Shown here: positions 14,001 through 27,354 of the stretch, one piece after another
How positions within the stretch are numbered: position 1 is the stretch's first letter
Layout: each line of letters starts with the position of its first letter
NCBI GenBank assembly: GCA_044892505.1
Contig: CM097883.1
Location: 202,058,001 to 202,122,000, forward strand
Direction: 5' to 3'
From: Schmidtea nova
Lineage: Eukaryota
Length of the DNA stretch: 64,000 nt
Translations under genes and position numbers: made by a program
Notes under the pieces: generated by a model
Databases searched by the model: none
What the model saw: only the letters and a program-made list of their open reading frames with translations
What the model was told of the DNA's origin: nothing

Positions 14001-16558
14001 AATTATACAAAGAATTTTCTTACTTATCTCAACAACGCGATATCACATTTGTCGCCCCATCTTTGTGGAAGCAATTCCAAAGTATATCATACAGCATAGA
14101 TGGGAGCGCTGCGATTTTGGAATGTCGACGATAAACCCTTTACTCTTGAACTACATGATAGCAGAAGGTTTATCAACATATTTCTAAAGACAGTTGAATT
14201 CATTCGTCCATATATAAACGCGATATCACATTTACCGCCAAACCCAATAGCAACCAATACCATGACAAAATCTCATACTTGAGTGCGGTGTGAAAATGTA
14301 ACTTCTATTCTGAGGTCATGGAAGTATTACAAGTTTCGGCCGAGACCGTCTACATTGAACTTTTTTTCATCTCTGAAAACGCTTTTTTGCCATTGATGAT
14401 CTCAATGCATATACTTCTTTGCCAATTACAATGAATTATTCTCGTAGTGAGGTTTTAATGTTTGGTTTCTCTTAATTTTGAGACACTTTAATTTCTTAAT
14501 AACACATTGAATTGCCCTTGTTGACACATTTAATTGAAAATTTACTTTGATTTTGAATGCATAACTAATAGCGTTGGTGGCGTTACGATTTATTAATTCC
14601 TTTTTTCAGGTTGTTAATAAAAGTTTACGCCGTCTTCTTTCTGATTTCATATTTTGTACGATTTGCAAAATAACTCATAATAAGTGACTTATATTTTGGA
14701 ATTGCCTTACCAATTTCTCTGCAACTCTTCAATTGTGTTTTCAGCACATGAATTTATTTTTTCTCAAATTTTGACAACTTTGTTTCTTTTGGCTTATTGG
14801 CACAATGTGTAGTGCAGTATAAGTTAATGAAAATTAGACACCAAAAGAGCTTAGATTGTCATACAATGTCTCAATGTGCGTCCGTACACTTATCACATCT
14901 GCAATGACTCATACTAGGTTGAATGGTTGAAGACTGTATCAGTTAAGTAGGATGCTTTGCGCCTGTCCTTATTATTTTGTCGCTTTTTGAAATTCATATT
15001 TTTGGTTTAATGTGTATAATTTCCTCAATAATGATTGAGACAGACTGAAATTGTTTACAGATGCTTGACATAGGGTCACTAATCAACATGTGCAATTCCC
15101 ATAAAATCCATCAAGTATGAAAAAAAACAAAAGAAGTCAAAATCAAAATGTCCTTATAATTACGCTACGCATTGTACATGAAAAATTATGAAATATTATT
15201 TATAAAGTTTACTATTTAATGTCGACTTTACAGCAGTTCCTAAAGAATTTCCTATGGAGTTAGTTGATCTTCTATGTAATATTGAGCAGCTGCATTTATT
15301 TATTAAAACAATAAACAAATTATTTATCACTGAGGAAAAATCTCCCAAATTAAAAAGTTAATGTTTTTGTGTGAAATATTCCTTTCAAAAAAAGGAAAAT
15401 GAAAATATAAATCGCTCTGTTTTTACTGATGTTAATTTACAGATTCAAATATGATAAAATTGATGCAAATATCAAAACATCGAATGAAAATGTATTCCTT
15501 TAAATTTTGCGGTTACATTATATTTTTATTATTTTATGTTTTACATGAATTTTTAATAAATTTTTTTTCTATAAAATTAAATTGCTTCGTGGAATAGTTT
15601 GGGTTGACCAGCCCTAGTCTAAACAAATTATGTATTTATACAATAAACCAATCATGCAAGTAAACAAATAAGTAAAATATTTAATTAATTAAAATATTTT
15701 AAAACATTCTTGATAAATAATTCATTCCAAATCATTACTATTTTTTGTTAAAATTTTAAGATCAAATTTTAAGATCAAATTTTATCTATTTTAATTTTAC
15801 AAACTTTATTATTTTTTCAGATATCACTCATTTCTCTAAGTTGGCAATTTTCTTGAACTCTAGTAAGGAAATTACAGGTAGAGAAAATTAATAAATGAGA
15901 CAAGAAAACTACAAATATTCTATTTATTTTTTATTGGTTGTAAACGATCTAAAATTTTCACTACCAATGATTTTCATAATTTCATATTTCAAAGCTTTAT
16001 ACTTTTTATACTTGACAAAACAGAGGAATATATAAGTATAATATGGCCGTTTCTTGGTGAAGCATTAATTATATATTAATAAATAACAAAATAAACCTTT
16101 GCTGCAAAGTTGTATTAGGTGAAAATTTTCGATTATAAAATAATTGCCAGACATAAAAAACAATCAAATTTCAAACATCAAAGTCCTTTATTTATCGTTT
16201 TTTTGTGATTTTTTAAATGCACTTTTAACCTATGTTGATATTATATTAAGAACAAATTTACAAAATCATTAATCTGAAACAATTCCAAGAATTTGTCAAT
16301 GCTTTAACAAAATTGGCAAAAAATAACGGTGAAGATAATGATAAATAAATGCTCAATCAGTTTTGCAAATTGATGTTTAATTTTAATTTCCTAATTTTAC
16401 AGAAAAATAGAGAAATATGAATTTTCTTAAATACGTTTGTTTAAAATAGTATATAAATTTCTTAATTTTTTTCGTTTTCAATTTTGGAATTCCAGTATTC
16501 ATGTTTTTTCAAAAATAAAGATTTGAAAATTTCGGTAAAAAAATTGCATTCCCTAACT

Positions 16559-17389
16559 CAGAGGTTCCAAAACTTCTTTGGCTCTGGACCCACTTGGAAA
16601 TATTTTTGACATCTCGGGACCCACTGAATAAAATTAAGCATCGAGTACTCAGTAATATATCATAAATTGGGTTAAAATATTCCGATTTACAGACAGCGTT
16701 TAGAAACTTTAGAAATTAGCACATTTAAAACATAAAAATGAAACTTAGGAAAACAGTAAAAAATTTATTTCAATGCAAAAGCAACAGTTTTAACAGTGTT
16801 ATAACAGTTTAACTAATATTTATACTGTCAAGTTTAAAGAATCAATGTGAAGGATGGGCCTGCATGTTATTCATAAAAAAATTGAATTTGTTACGTTTAA
16901 ATAAACATTGTTTATTATTTAAATAGCTGCTATTTAAATAATAAACAATGTTTATTTAAACGTAACAAATTCAATTTTTTAATTATTAAAAATATTCGAA
17001 AAAAATAAATATGGATAAATTTTTGAAACGAAAACGCGAATCTTTCTTATGTGTGAATGGTCATAGCTCAGAGTCAGAGACGGACAATGTTGCTGGTTCA
17101 ACTATTTAATATTTGGTTCATATTTAATAGCAGATGTTTTTTATAATCCTGCCTTTCTAAGTTCGTGCACTATTTACTGTTCATATACACTCACAAGTAG
17201 AAGCTAGTTATAGCCCAATCATAGTCAAATGTTGTTGTTCCGCTAGTTATACCGGAATAAAGTATGAAATTTGCGGGTTACTGAAATAAAAGACGAAAAA
17301 AGTTATGTTTTCCTAAAAACTTTCGCGACCCACTTGCCAGAGCTTGGCGACCCACTTTTGGGTCGCGACCCACAGTTTGGGAACCTCTG
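16559..17389. mobile_element. Non-autonomous hAT (Buster/Charlie-like) element with 8-bp TSD CCCTAACT
   Basis: TIR CAGAGGTTCC...GGAACCTCTG; TSD at 16551-16558 and 17390-17397; GCGACCCAC subterminal repeats; transposase remnants MDKFLKRKR (+) and QAHPSH* (-). Confidence 0.9.
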
Positions 17390-20300
17390 CCCTAACTAAT
17401 CTTAAATAAATTAAAAAAAAAATTTTTGATCAACTAAAAACAAATGACAATAATTCCAATTCGATTATTGTACATTTAAAACTTGATTATCAAATACAAG
17501 CTATAAAGTCCGTGAAAAAATGATCACATTTTTTTGAATTTATATAAAAATAATTAAGTGGCGACAAACGGGGAGACACTGGTATTATATATTTTCATAG
17601 TTAAACTTATTTCTTTGCATAGGATATAATTTATTTTTAGTAACTGTAAAGTCATTCCTTTTGCTCTCAAATTAAGATACATGTTAAATCTGTTAAAATT
17701 AGCATAATAACTTGCGTAGAGACTAATATTTATTCAAAAACAGAATAGGACGAATCATTCAAGAAACTAATTACAAAAACAAATATATTTATAACGATAT
17801 TTTCCTAGGAAAGATTTTAGAAATATCAAAAATGTTAATTTCAAGCGGTCAATTAAAATCGCATACATCTTCTAAATAAGATTACCTCATTATTTTCTCC
17901 CCAATTTTCAATTTGTAAACAGATGATCTTTTATTCAATTTCGTACAAACTACATTTCTGTTTATCAAAAATAATTGTCATTACTTCATAATTTTTTACA
18001 AATCTAAAAATACTTTTCATAAAACTGGCCTGGTTGCAATGCAAACTGAGCTTGCATTGACGCATACACACATACACGAATACACACATACACGAATACA
18101 CACAATGCTAGGGATTGTAATACCAGTAAAATAGATTAATTTTTATACCGGTAAATTTTTGATTATTATAAAAATAATTTGCAAATTAAGATGTGGCAAA
18201 AATATGTAAAAAAAAATTTGGAAAAAAACTTTCGTTAATACTAGACTTTAAAACTCGCTAGATTATTATGTTGTGTCACATACAGTAACCAATATACAGT
18301 TACCTATACAAATGGCATTTAACCTTTGTACAGTAAACACGAGTCTGACTCGCGTAAACTTAAAATTGCTTTGTGAAACTATCATGAGTCTTGTTAGTAT
18401 AATTTTTATTTTTTCACAGTAGCATTTAATAAATAAAATTCTTTATTTTGCTGTTATGAAATTTCTTTTAAATAATCATTTCAGGCACAAAACTAATCAT
18501 AAAATTTATTCATTGCAACAGACACCAATTGATATCACTCAGTTATGGTAGCCAGGAAAACAGTAAGTTTATCCATCTTCTTAAGTTCTTACCCAGGTAT
18601 CCCGAAAAGTAGTTCGTAGAAAGTTTTAAGGCAAACTATTTATTCGGTGAATAGGAAAAAAATAATTTAGATAGAATACTCTTCAAATTCAAATCTTTAT
18701 TCCTAAAAGTATATTTGCATAAAATTTATCTTTATTGAGTTAAGATCCCTATTTGAAAGTGAAATAGATATTTAGTTATAATGAAAGTGGAAAGCCATAT
18801 CTTTATCTTTACTATCTATTGAAATAAGAAACAATTTCCATCAATTAACCGAAAGATGTTCTAACTGAAATAATTTCAATGGCAATTTAGCTGATATCTA
18901 TAGAAATTAAATTGAGTTTTGTTGAAATATCTTCCAAGTTGCCTAACTTAAACTAAAAGGAGTACTCAACAGTTACCGAAGAACCAAAAATTACAGATTA
19001 CTATGGAAGTTTTGAATCATGACTAAAGTGAACCATTAGAAAGTTATAGACCAGAAAATAAAAAAAATAATAAATTAGCTACTATCTTGGTCAACCCTGA
19101 GTTTGATTAACTTTTACCAAATCGGACAGTTTAATTACAGAATTTTTTATAAGTTTCTCTCATCCCTCCTTAAAACAATTAATTCAATCGTGTCGAATCA
19201 TGAGGCACCTGTCCTCGTAAACACTGACGAAATTGGCATGGATTAATGTTGTTAGATTTTGGATTTTCTTAAAACTTTGTTGTAATAATTAAAAACTAAC
19301 ATGATATGATGGATAACCTTATGAAGCTGACTTGGATGGGGATGACGTTTATATAATTTACGAAAATATGGATAAGCTCTTTCGATAAAAAACGAAAGAC
19401 TCGTGGAGAGAATCAAATGAAAAAAATATTATGATAAAGTTGAAAATAATATTAAATTAAGCTTTTAAGAATAAATAACTAAAAGTACAGTATATTAAAT
19501 TTTTAATTTACAATGATATTTTAACGCTTTAATTAAACAAATATAAATGAATATTTCATCAATATTGAAAAATTCAACAATTCAGGAAAAAATAAAATGG
19601 GCATTGAAAATCCCATTAATAGCGTTTCTAGCTATTTATAAAAATACAAAGAAAATATTTTGCTGGAAGCCTGTTAATAAAAAGTTTTTTATTTATGAAT
19701 TGATTTCATTGAGTAAAAGATAAGAAAATTAATCAATAAAACGAAAAAATGAAAATTCATTAAAAAGCTGTGGTGTGTCTCAAAAGCATGAAATTGATTT
19801 TTTTGGACAATTTCTTGGACATTAACCACTATAACTGTGATCAGATTTCTATTTTATGGGGAATAAAATAATGGCAAGAAATATTTCATCATATTCGGTG
19901 TTTAAGAAATAAGGAACATACATTATATTTACTCAGTATTGACAAATATAGATAGCAAGCAACACTTGAAGCAACTGCCACGCACAAAATGAGTTCTCAA
20001 CTCAACACAACATTTGATCTATTCTCTTAAAAAAAGAGGAATATTAATAATTTAGTTGATGTAATATTTTAATCTAATAAATATTTTAGTGCCTGGAAAC
20101 CAAAAGGCCTTCTTTGAAAAGCTTAATATTTTTTAATAGAAAACAATACAACATGCGAAAGAAATGGGTATTTTGAAAAAGTTATAATTCCTAAAACTGT
20201 AGTTAGTAATCAAAATAAGGTTTCATCTGAAAATCCCTATAATTATATCGTTATAAATCAGTTCTGAAACGTGGGTATTAATTATAGTAGGTATAATTTA

Positions 20301-21224
20301 CGCATTATTAACAATATTTTACAGTGTGATTTTGGAAATGCGTTGCACTTTTTTAATTTAATAAAAAATAATATTGTAAAATAAAATAAATTATAATTTT
20401 AACTTAAATCTAAAATATTACTATTTATTTTAATATTAAAAGCAACAATAAAAATATTCAAATTTTGTTAATTCAAATCCACAATAAATAAAATCCAATT
20501 TTCTATTTAGGATAAGAGATAGAAAAAAATATTTCTTACAACTCTCATTATAAGTAGAATAAAATTAATATCAATATTGCAACGTTCAGATCAATTTTCT
20601 ACGATTAATTTGCATACATCAGCCGATTTCTATTAGTTCAACAAAATATTTTTAGACTGACAAGCAAACTGTTAATTTTATCCTTAATATTCATGGAATA
20701 ATTTAAGTAGACTTGGATCTTAAATTCGTCTATGAAAAATATATTTCTGATTTATCTTGAGTTCGAATTGACTTTTTAAAACTTTTTTTTATTATTTTAT
20801 ATCAATAAAATTATTATTATAATTATAAATCTATATTTATTTTTTTTAAAAATCTAAAAATAAATATGAATTAATATAATTTACTTATAAATAACAAATT
20901 AATCAGTAAAATTCAATTTGTTAACTATTCTATAGATTTTTATAAAAAGATTAAATCAATCGACATTATTTTTATTTATTGACAAGAAACAATAGAATCA
21001 ATCCAATATATTATTTCCTCAAACTAACATTTTCTATTTTATTGTTTTGATAAAAACAACAAAACATCGACTATTTATTTCAAATTATAAATCAACTTTT
21101 CAAAAATATTTTTTTTAACTAAATTACAATTTATCTATTTCAATAAAATGATTTCAAATAATTTTTAATATTGAAAATCAATTTTATAATGTTATTTAAT
21201 ATATTATTTAAAAATATTTCTTAC

Positions 21225-21290
21225 TCTGATTAATGGATAAGTATGAACTCGTTTTGTATCTTCTTTCTTTTCAACAACTTCTTCTGCCAT
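21225..21290 (-). CDS. DNAL4: DNAL4 coding exon 1 (MAEEVVEKKEDTKRVHTYPLIR)
   Basis: ATG at 21290, gtaaga donor; joins exons 2 and 3 in frame to give a 104-aa protein. Confidence 0.9.
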
Positions 21291-21607
21291 TTAAATTGTT
21301 AGCTATAACAACACTATGGTTACTTATAAAATATTTTAAAATTTATTTCGATTAAACAATTGAAACAGTTAAATACATTCATTAAAATATTTAGTCGCGC
21401 AAAATATAAATTGAAATTATTTTTTTTGAATGCCATTTTTAAGAATTTATGAAGTAAAATAATTTATATTTTATGTTGTGAAAACGGGGTTGTATAAACA
21501 AGAATGAAAATAAAATTAAAAAACACAAAAACTACGCGCAAATCAAAAAAAAATTACAAAAATTTGAAAAACTTAAAAATTAAATTATCATAATTAACTG
21601 TTTGTTT

Positions 21608-21815
21608 CATCTTTGATCTCTTTTAATTTATATTAATAATTTCCATAATGGTATGACTATAGATCAAAAAAATTTTTTATTATACAAGTACACACGATTT
21701 CGGCACATACTTTATCAAATACACACTAGATAAAGGCTGTGCCGAAATATTGTGTACTTGTATACAATTATTTTTGATCTATAATCATACCATTATGAAA
21801 ATTATTAATATAAAT
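21608..21815. mobile_element. Palindromic Penelope-like pLTR pair just upstream of DNAL4
   Basis: Same family as the 6497 and 9285 copies. Confidence 0.55.
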
Positions 21816-22796
21816 AAACTATAAACATTAATTAAAATTTACAAAAATTCAAAAAAAACAAAAATTTGTATTCTATTGTTGTGGAAAAATAATTGTTTTC
21901 TAGAAAGGATCAATGAAATCTCGATTAATATTTATCATTGCAAGCACTATAATGAAAGGTTTTTTATTGTTCAAATTTCTTGACCGTCCGAGTCACTAAC
22001 TATCTGTAGCATTAACAGCTTGTTGCGATGTAGGTAATCAGTGTGGGCATACTTGTTCGGAGTGGATTCTCCCGAACTGCCCAACCCCATGCCTTTAACG
22101 CGGAACCCAAGTTTGGCTTCACATTATATGTAGATGTTAGAGAACGGCCGGAGGACTATCTACAAGAGTTTTATAATAATGGAATTTTTCCTTAATTGAC
22201 ATTTTTATTTTTTTTTCTGTTGTTCTAAATAAAATTTTCTTTAAATATGAGAAACCAGCACTACATATTGATTCGAGTTAATGCGGATGTGGGATTCAGG
22301 AAATTCATAGACATTGTTGTTGTCATTTTGAACCAAATATTTTAACATCTCAATGAAGTCTGCAATGGAAGAAAAATAGAATGTGAGATCTGGGATAAAA
22401 ACAAGACAGATTTAATAAAATCATAAATATTTCTATTCTTTTGTGTTAATATTTTTGATTTTACATAATAAATTAGTTAAAAATCTAATAATAAATTCCA
22501 ATTATTTTTCGTCACTGACGGTAATAAAGAAATGAGTTTATCATTAAGAAATTACTTATTTAATTAATTGAAAAGCACTGTAATAAATAATACAAAAGAC
22601 ATATATTTATATCAAAAACTTATGACACAAGTTCACAAAAGTTCTTCAGAAACACAAGAAATAGGAGTTTCCAATAACCCATAAAGATGTTCCAATCCCG
22701 GCGAAAAACGACGATATTTACCAACATTTGAAAATCTAAAATAAATTATTACTTATAATAATAATTACTTAATTAGTTGATCTCGCTATATATTTA

Positions 22797-25590
22797 ATTG
22801 TTGTATTTGTCTCGGCGAAGGGTTTTCATGTTCATTGCGTTTAATAACGGTTTGTGATCGGTGTAGACTTCGAATTCTTTTCCTTCAAGTAGATATTGGA
22901 AGTGTTTGATCGTATCATGTAATGCTAATAACTCCATATCAAATGTGGAATAGCTCATTTGATGTGATTTAATTTTTTTAAAAGAAAGCCATGGGTCGTT
23001 TTTTAGTGTTTTCTTCTTGAAAAATTGTTCCGCCCATTGCTGATTCTGAACAGTCTGTGTTGACTATGTACGGTAGTTCCTGGCTAGGATAACTTAGGAT
23101 ACTTGGGTTTTTCAGGTTTTCTTTTGCTTTTTCAAAAGCAGTTATTAATTCCTCATTCCAATTTATTTTAATGTTTCTCTTTATTTTGTTCAATTCGTTC
23201 AGAGTGGCTAACATTTTGCTACATTTTGGTATATATTAGTAGTAGAAGTTGATCATTCCGAGGAAGCGTCTTAGTTTTTTTGTTGTTTTGGGTAATGGGT
23301 AGTTTTGATTGACTTTGATATTGTCGTTTAGTGGTTTTGTTCCAGTTTCATTCAGCAAATGTCCCAAAAAATTTATTTCTGTTTTTAAAAATTCACATTT
23401 TTAATATTAATTATTAATTCGTGTTTGTTGAGTATTTCGAATACGTTTTCTATGTTTTGTATGTGTTCGGCTTTGGTTGCTGACGCTATTATAATGTCGT
23501 CTAAATATGCAACTGTATTTTGTTGATTTCGTAGAATTTGGTCCATGAAGCGTTAAAAAGTTGCCACTGCGTTTTTTAGATCAAATTGCATTTTATTATA
23601 TATGAAAAGGCCTAGAGGTGTGATGATTGCTGTTTTCTTTATGTCTTCCGTTCTGACTGGAAGTTGATGATATGCATTTACTAAGTCAATTTTTCTTAAT
23701 AGCTTTGGTTTGTTGAACCTGTTGATAATATCATTTATAATTTGGGATTGGGTATTTATCGGCAGTTGTAATGTTATTTAATGTTCTGTAGTCTCCGCAA
23801 GCTCGTCATTCACCATTTGCTTTTTCTTTAAGCATCAGGACTGAAGACCAATTTGAGTTTGAGTGTTTGACGATTTTGTTTTCTAACAGTTCATCGAATA
23901 TTACTTTTAGTTATATCGAGTTTTCTCTTGTCTAGCTGTCTGACTTTTGCGTAGTCTGGGTTTCCACTGCTAACTATTGCGTATTCGACTATGCATTTTG
24001 TTTCATCGTTTGCCGCTAATGTACTAATTATACTCGGTACTGTTTGTATGAGTTTCATGATTTCGTTCGGTATATTCCATCTTTTATTTTCTGTTTTTAG
24101 TTTTTGTTCATTTGCTTTTGTGTCACCGAACTGGGTTGTTATTACTCCAATATCGTAATTGATTTGTTTGTTTGATTGATAGTATTTGCGGTCTGAGTTG
24201 TTAAAGTTGTTTGGAATGATTTTTCTATTTTTGTAGTTAACTAGTAAGTCTAATTTTGAGAGGAAATCTGCTCCTAAAATGGCTTGTTTAACTTTCTGCC
24301 AATTGTATTGTGTATTGTTGACTGTGATATTGATGTTTTGTTTGCCGAATGTTTTGATTGGGCTGCCGTTGGCTGCGCACAAACTGATAGCGTCTGTTTT
24401 TAAATATTTGTATAGGTGTTTCGGTAATAATGAGATTATTGAACGTGAATCCACCAGAAAGTCAATATTGTTTCTATGCACTGTAAATGTTTGGCTGTCA
24501 CCAATTGTCAGTGCTATCATTGGTGATTTTAGATGTTTTCCGACCTTTTTTTGTCAAAAGAGCGGGGTTTGTTGCATTTGTACACTTTATTACAAAATTT
24601 ATTGTGAAAGTAACAATGATTTTGATTTGTGTTTTTTGTGTGGGTTATTCCATGTTTTGTTTCCATCAAAACTGTTTCGGCTTCCAGATCTTGAATTTTG
24701 TCTAGAGTAATTTTGTCTGTTTTCCTAGAACTATATTCTTCTGAATTCCATTCTTTGTAGTTTTGTTATATCTTTTTTCAGATTTTTATTTTCAATTATT
24801 ATTTCATCAAATTTGTTAATAAATTTGAAAGAATTTTGTTTGTTTCTGTCGTTTCTGAGCTGTTGTTTATTGGTTTGTTTTGTTGTTTTTCTTGGAAGTA
24901 ATTTTTGTTTTTGATAAGTTCTACAAATTGCTGGGTAAATTTCATCGTTAATTTTGTCGTTAATTTTGTCGTTAATTTTGTCGTTAATTTTGTCAATTGC
25001 TAACTGCTAGAATTCGACGAATTTTTAGGGGCGTTGCACGAATGAATAGGTCCTTAATGAACTCTTTTGACTCGGTACTTGTTATTTTAGGTTGTAGATA
25101 TTCCAGTTTTGCTTATAAATTTCGCAAAAAACTTTGAAGGTTTATCGTTGCAAAGTTAAATATCTTTCAAGTAAGATTCCAGTAGTTCTCGTCTGTTAAC
25201 CTTATTTCGTTTATTAGTGTGTTGTATAGGTTTACAAAAGGGTCATCATCGTTTGATATATTCCAGATTGTTCGGCTATCTCGTTTTTCGAAGATTTTCC
25301 CCGGATAAACTTAATGTTAGTTTTGCAAATTCAAGCCATTTTTGTGGTGTCCCATTTTCGTATATGAAAAAAACTGGGAAATTTGCTTTTGGGTTGAGTG
25401 CTGAACTGATTGTGAGAGAATTTTTGGGATTAAGGCAGTTATTTCTATTATCAGTTAATGTGTTTTTATTGTTATTGTAATTAAAATTTTCATTGCAATT
25501 TGCAACCATTTGTTTATGGTTTTATTTATTTGTTTATGCAAACGAAATCGAGCTTGATTTCAATAATATGGCCTACTGTGTTCGGTCAAC
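22797..25590 (-). mobile_element. Decayed Gypsy/Ty3 LTR retrotransposon (gag, protease, RT, RNase H; integrase missing)
   Basis: FLVDS protease, VAYLDDI RT, TDCS and TDHKPL RNase H; many frameshifts; gag motif ENGTPQKWLEFAKLT shared with the 59169 copy. Confidence 0.9.
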
Positions 25591-26340
25591 AGAGTCGCTA
25601 TTCTTTATACCTCTATACTAGGTATTCTAAAAGTGATAGCGGCTGAAAGGAAAGAACGTTGAATAAGTGTGTTTATGTTTTTATTCTGACACCAATTGAT
25701 ATGTTCTACAGTGGGTGAGGATGTTAATTTATTTTGTTATTTGTTGAGGTTTGTTGTAGGAGATTGTAGAGCGCAACAGAGGTTCCTGTAAAAAATAGTC
25801 TCGGACTGTTGGGGTGAATGTTGTTTTGATTAAATGTGTGTCCATGTATATATAATTTTTATTAACAAATTAACAAGAACAATCTTTTAACAATCTTTAT
25901 TAAATATCGAAAAATAATAAAAAAAAACCCAATCACAACTCACGTATATTAAAAGGGTAATAGTCAATCAGGAATATATTATGACAAAATTATTAAACTC
26001 CAAAAGGTTATTGATATTATTGTTGGTTTCCAAGTTTTGAAATTTTTTTTACTTTATCCAATCGATTTTCTTGGCTTATTTCTATTAACAATTTCTATTT
26101 TTAATTTTAATTTCATATTGCAATTCCAATAGTATTTTATTACTATAAAAATTGATTTTGAATTTGGATTATTTACCATAATAATATTGTAAATAATAAA
26201 AGTGGGAAAAAATTTTATGACTCACCCGGATGACTCATCGGTATGAATCATCGATGATGTCATCGATGACTCATTTCAAATTTGAATTTTAAATTTGAAT
26301 TTCCAAAGGTCAAATAAGGTCAAACCTTCAAATTAGGGTA

Positions 26341-27290
26341 TCATTCGAAAGGTCTTGGAGAGGTCTATACAATGGTCATACCCTCGAGGGTTTATGGAGG
26401 GTCCTGAACCTTCAAAGGGTAAAAAACCTTCAACCTTTTTCCATCCTTATAATATACATATCATTCGAAAGGTAATTGAGAGGTTAGTATGATGGTCATA
26501 CCCTTGAAGGTGTATGGTGTGTGCTCAACCTTCAAGGGATGCAAAACCTTCAAATTTCTTCAAACTTTATAATATGTATATCAAACAAAAGGTAATTGAA
26601 ATGTGTACACAACGGTCGTACCTTCGAAGGTGTATGGTGTGTGCTCAACCTTCAAGGGGTCTGAAACCTTCAACCTTTTTTAATTCTTACAAGTTATATA
26701 TCATTCGAAAGGTAGTTGAGAGGTAAGTATGATGGTCATACCTTCGAAGGTGTATGATGTGTGCTCAACATTCAAGTGGTGCAAAACCTTCAAATTTTTT
26801 CAAACCTTACAATTTATATATTATTTGAAAGGTAATTGAGAGGTTAGTATGATGGTCAAACCCTCGAAGGTCTATGGTAGGCCAATAACCTTCAATGGAT
26901 GTCAAAATTAAATATTTTTCAAACTTTACAAGTTATATATCATTCAAAAGGACTTTTTATTGTGAGTATGATGTTTATACCCTACAAAGGTCCAAGGTTC
27001 AAAAATTTTAAAACCTTATAATATACATATCAAACAAAAGGTATTTGTGATGTAAGTATCATGGTCATACTTTCAAAGGTTAATGGTGGGTGCTGAACCT
27101 TCAAACCTTTAAAAACCTTCAAGGGGTCCAAAATCTTTAAAACTATATAGTATATGTTTAATAAATATATCAAAGTAAAGGTTATTCAAAGGTGAGTATG
27201 ATGGTCATATAAAGGATCTAAGGTTCAAAAATTTTAAAACTATATAATATGTATATTAAACAAAAGCTAATTGACAGATGAGTATGAGAG
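26341..27290. repeat. ~120-bp tandem repeat array in the left TIR of element B
   Basis: tcattcgaaaggt-like unit starts at 26341, 26461, 26581, 26701, 26821 and 26940. Confidence 0.85.
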
Positions 27291-27354
27291 ATGGTGTGTG
27301 TGTGTGTTCGAAAATATTTTTCTACTAGTATTTTAAAAAATTTCCTACCCCAAT

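Noticed and set aside
22242-22740. Possible minus-strand host exons (FIEMLKYLVQNDNN...; FSNVGKYRRFSPGLEHLYG...) with AG acceptors
   Set aside because: No recognisable homology and no consistent gene model can be built
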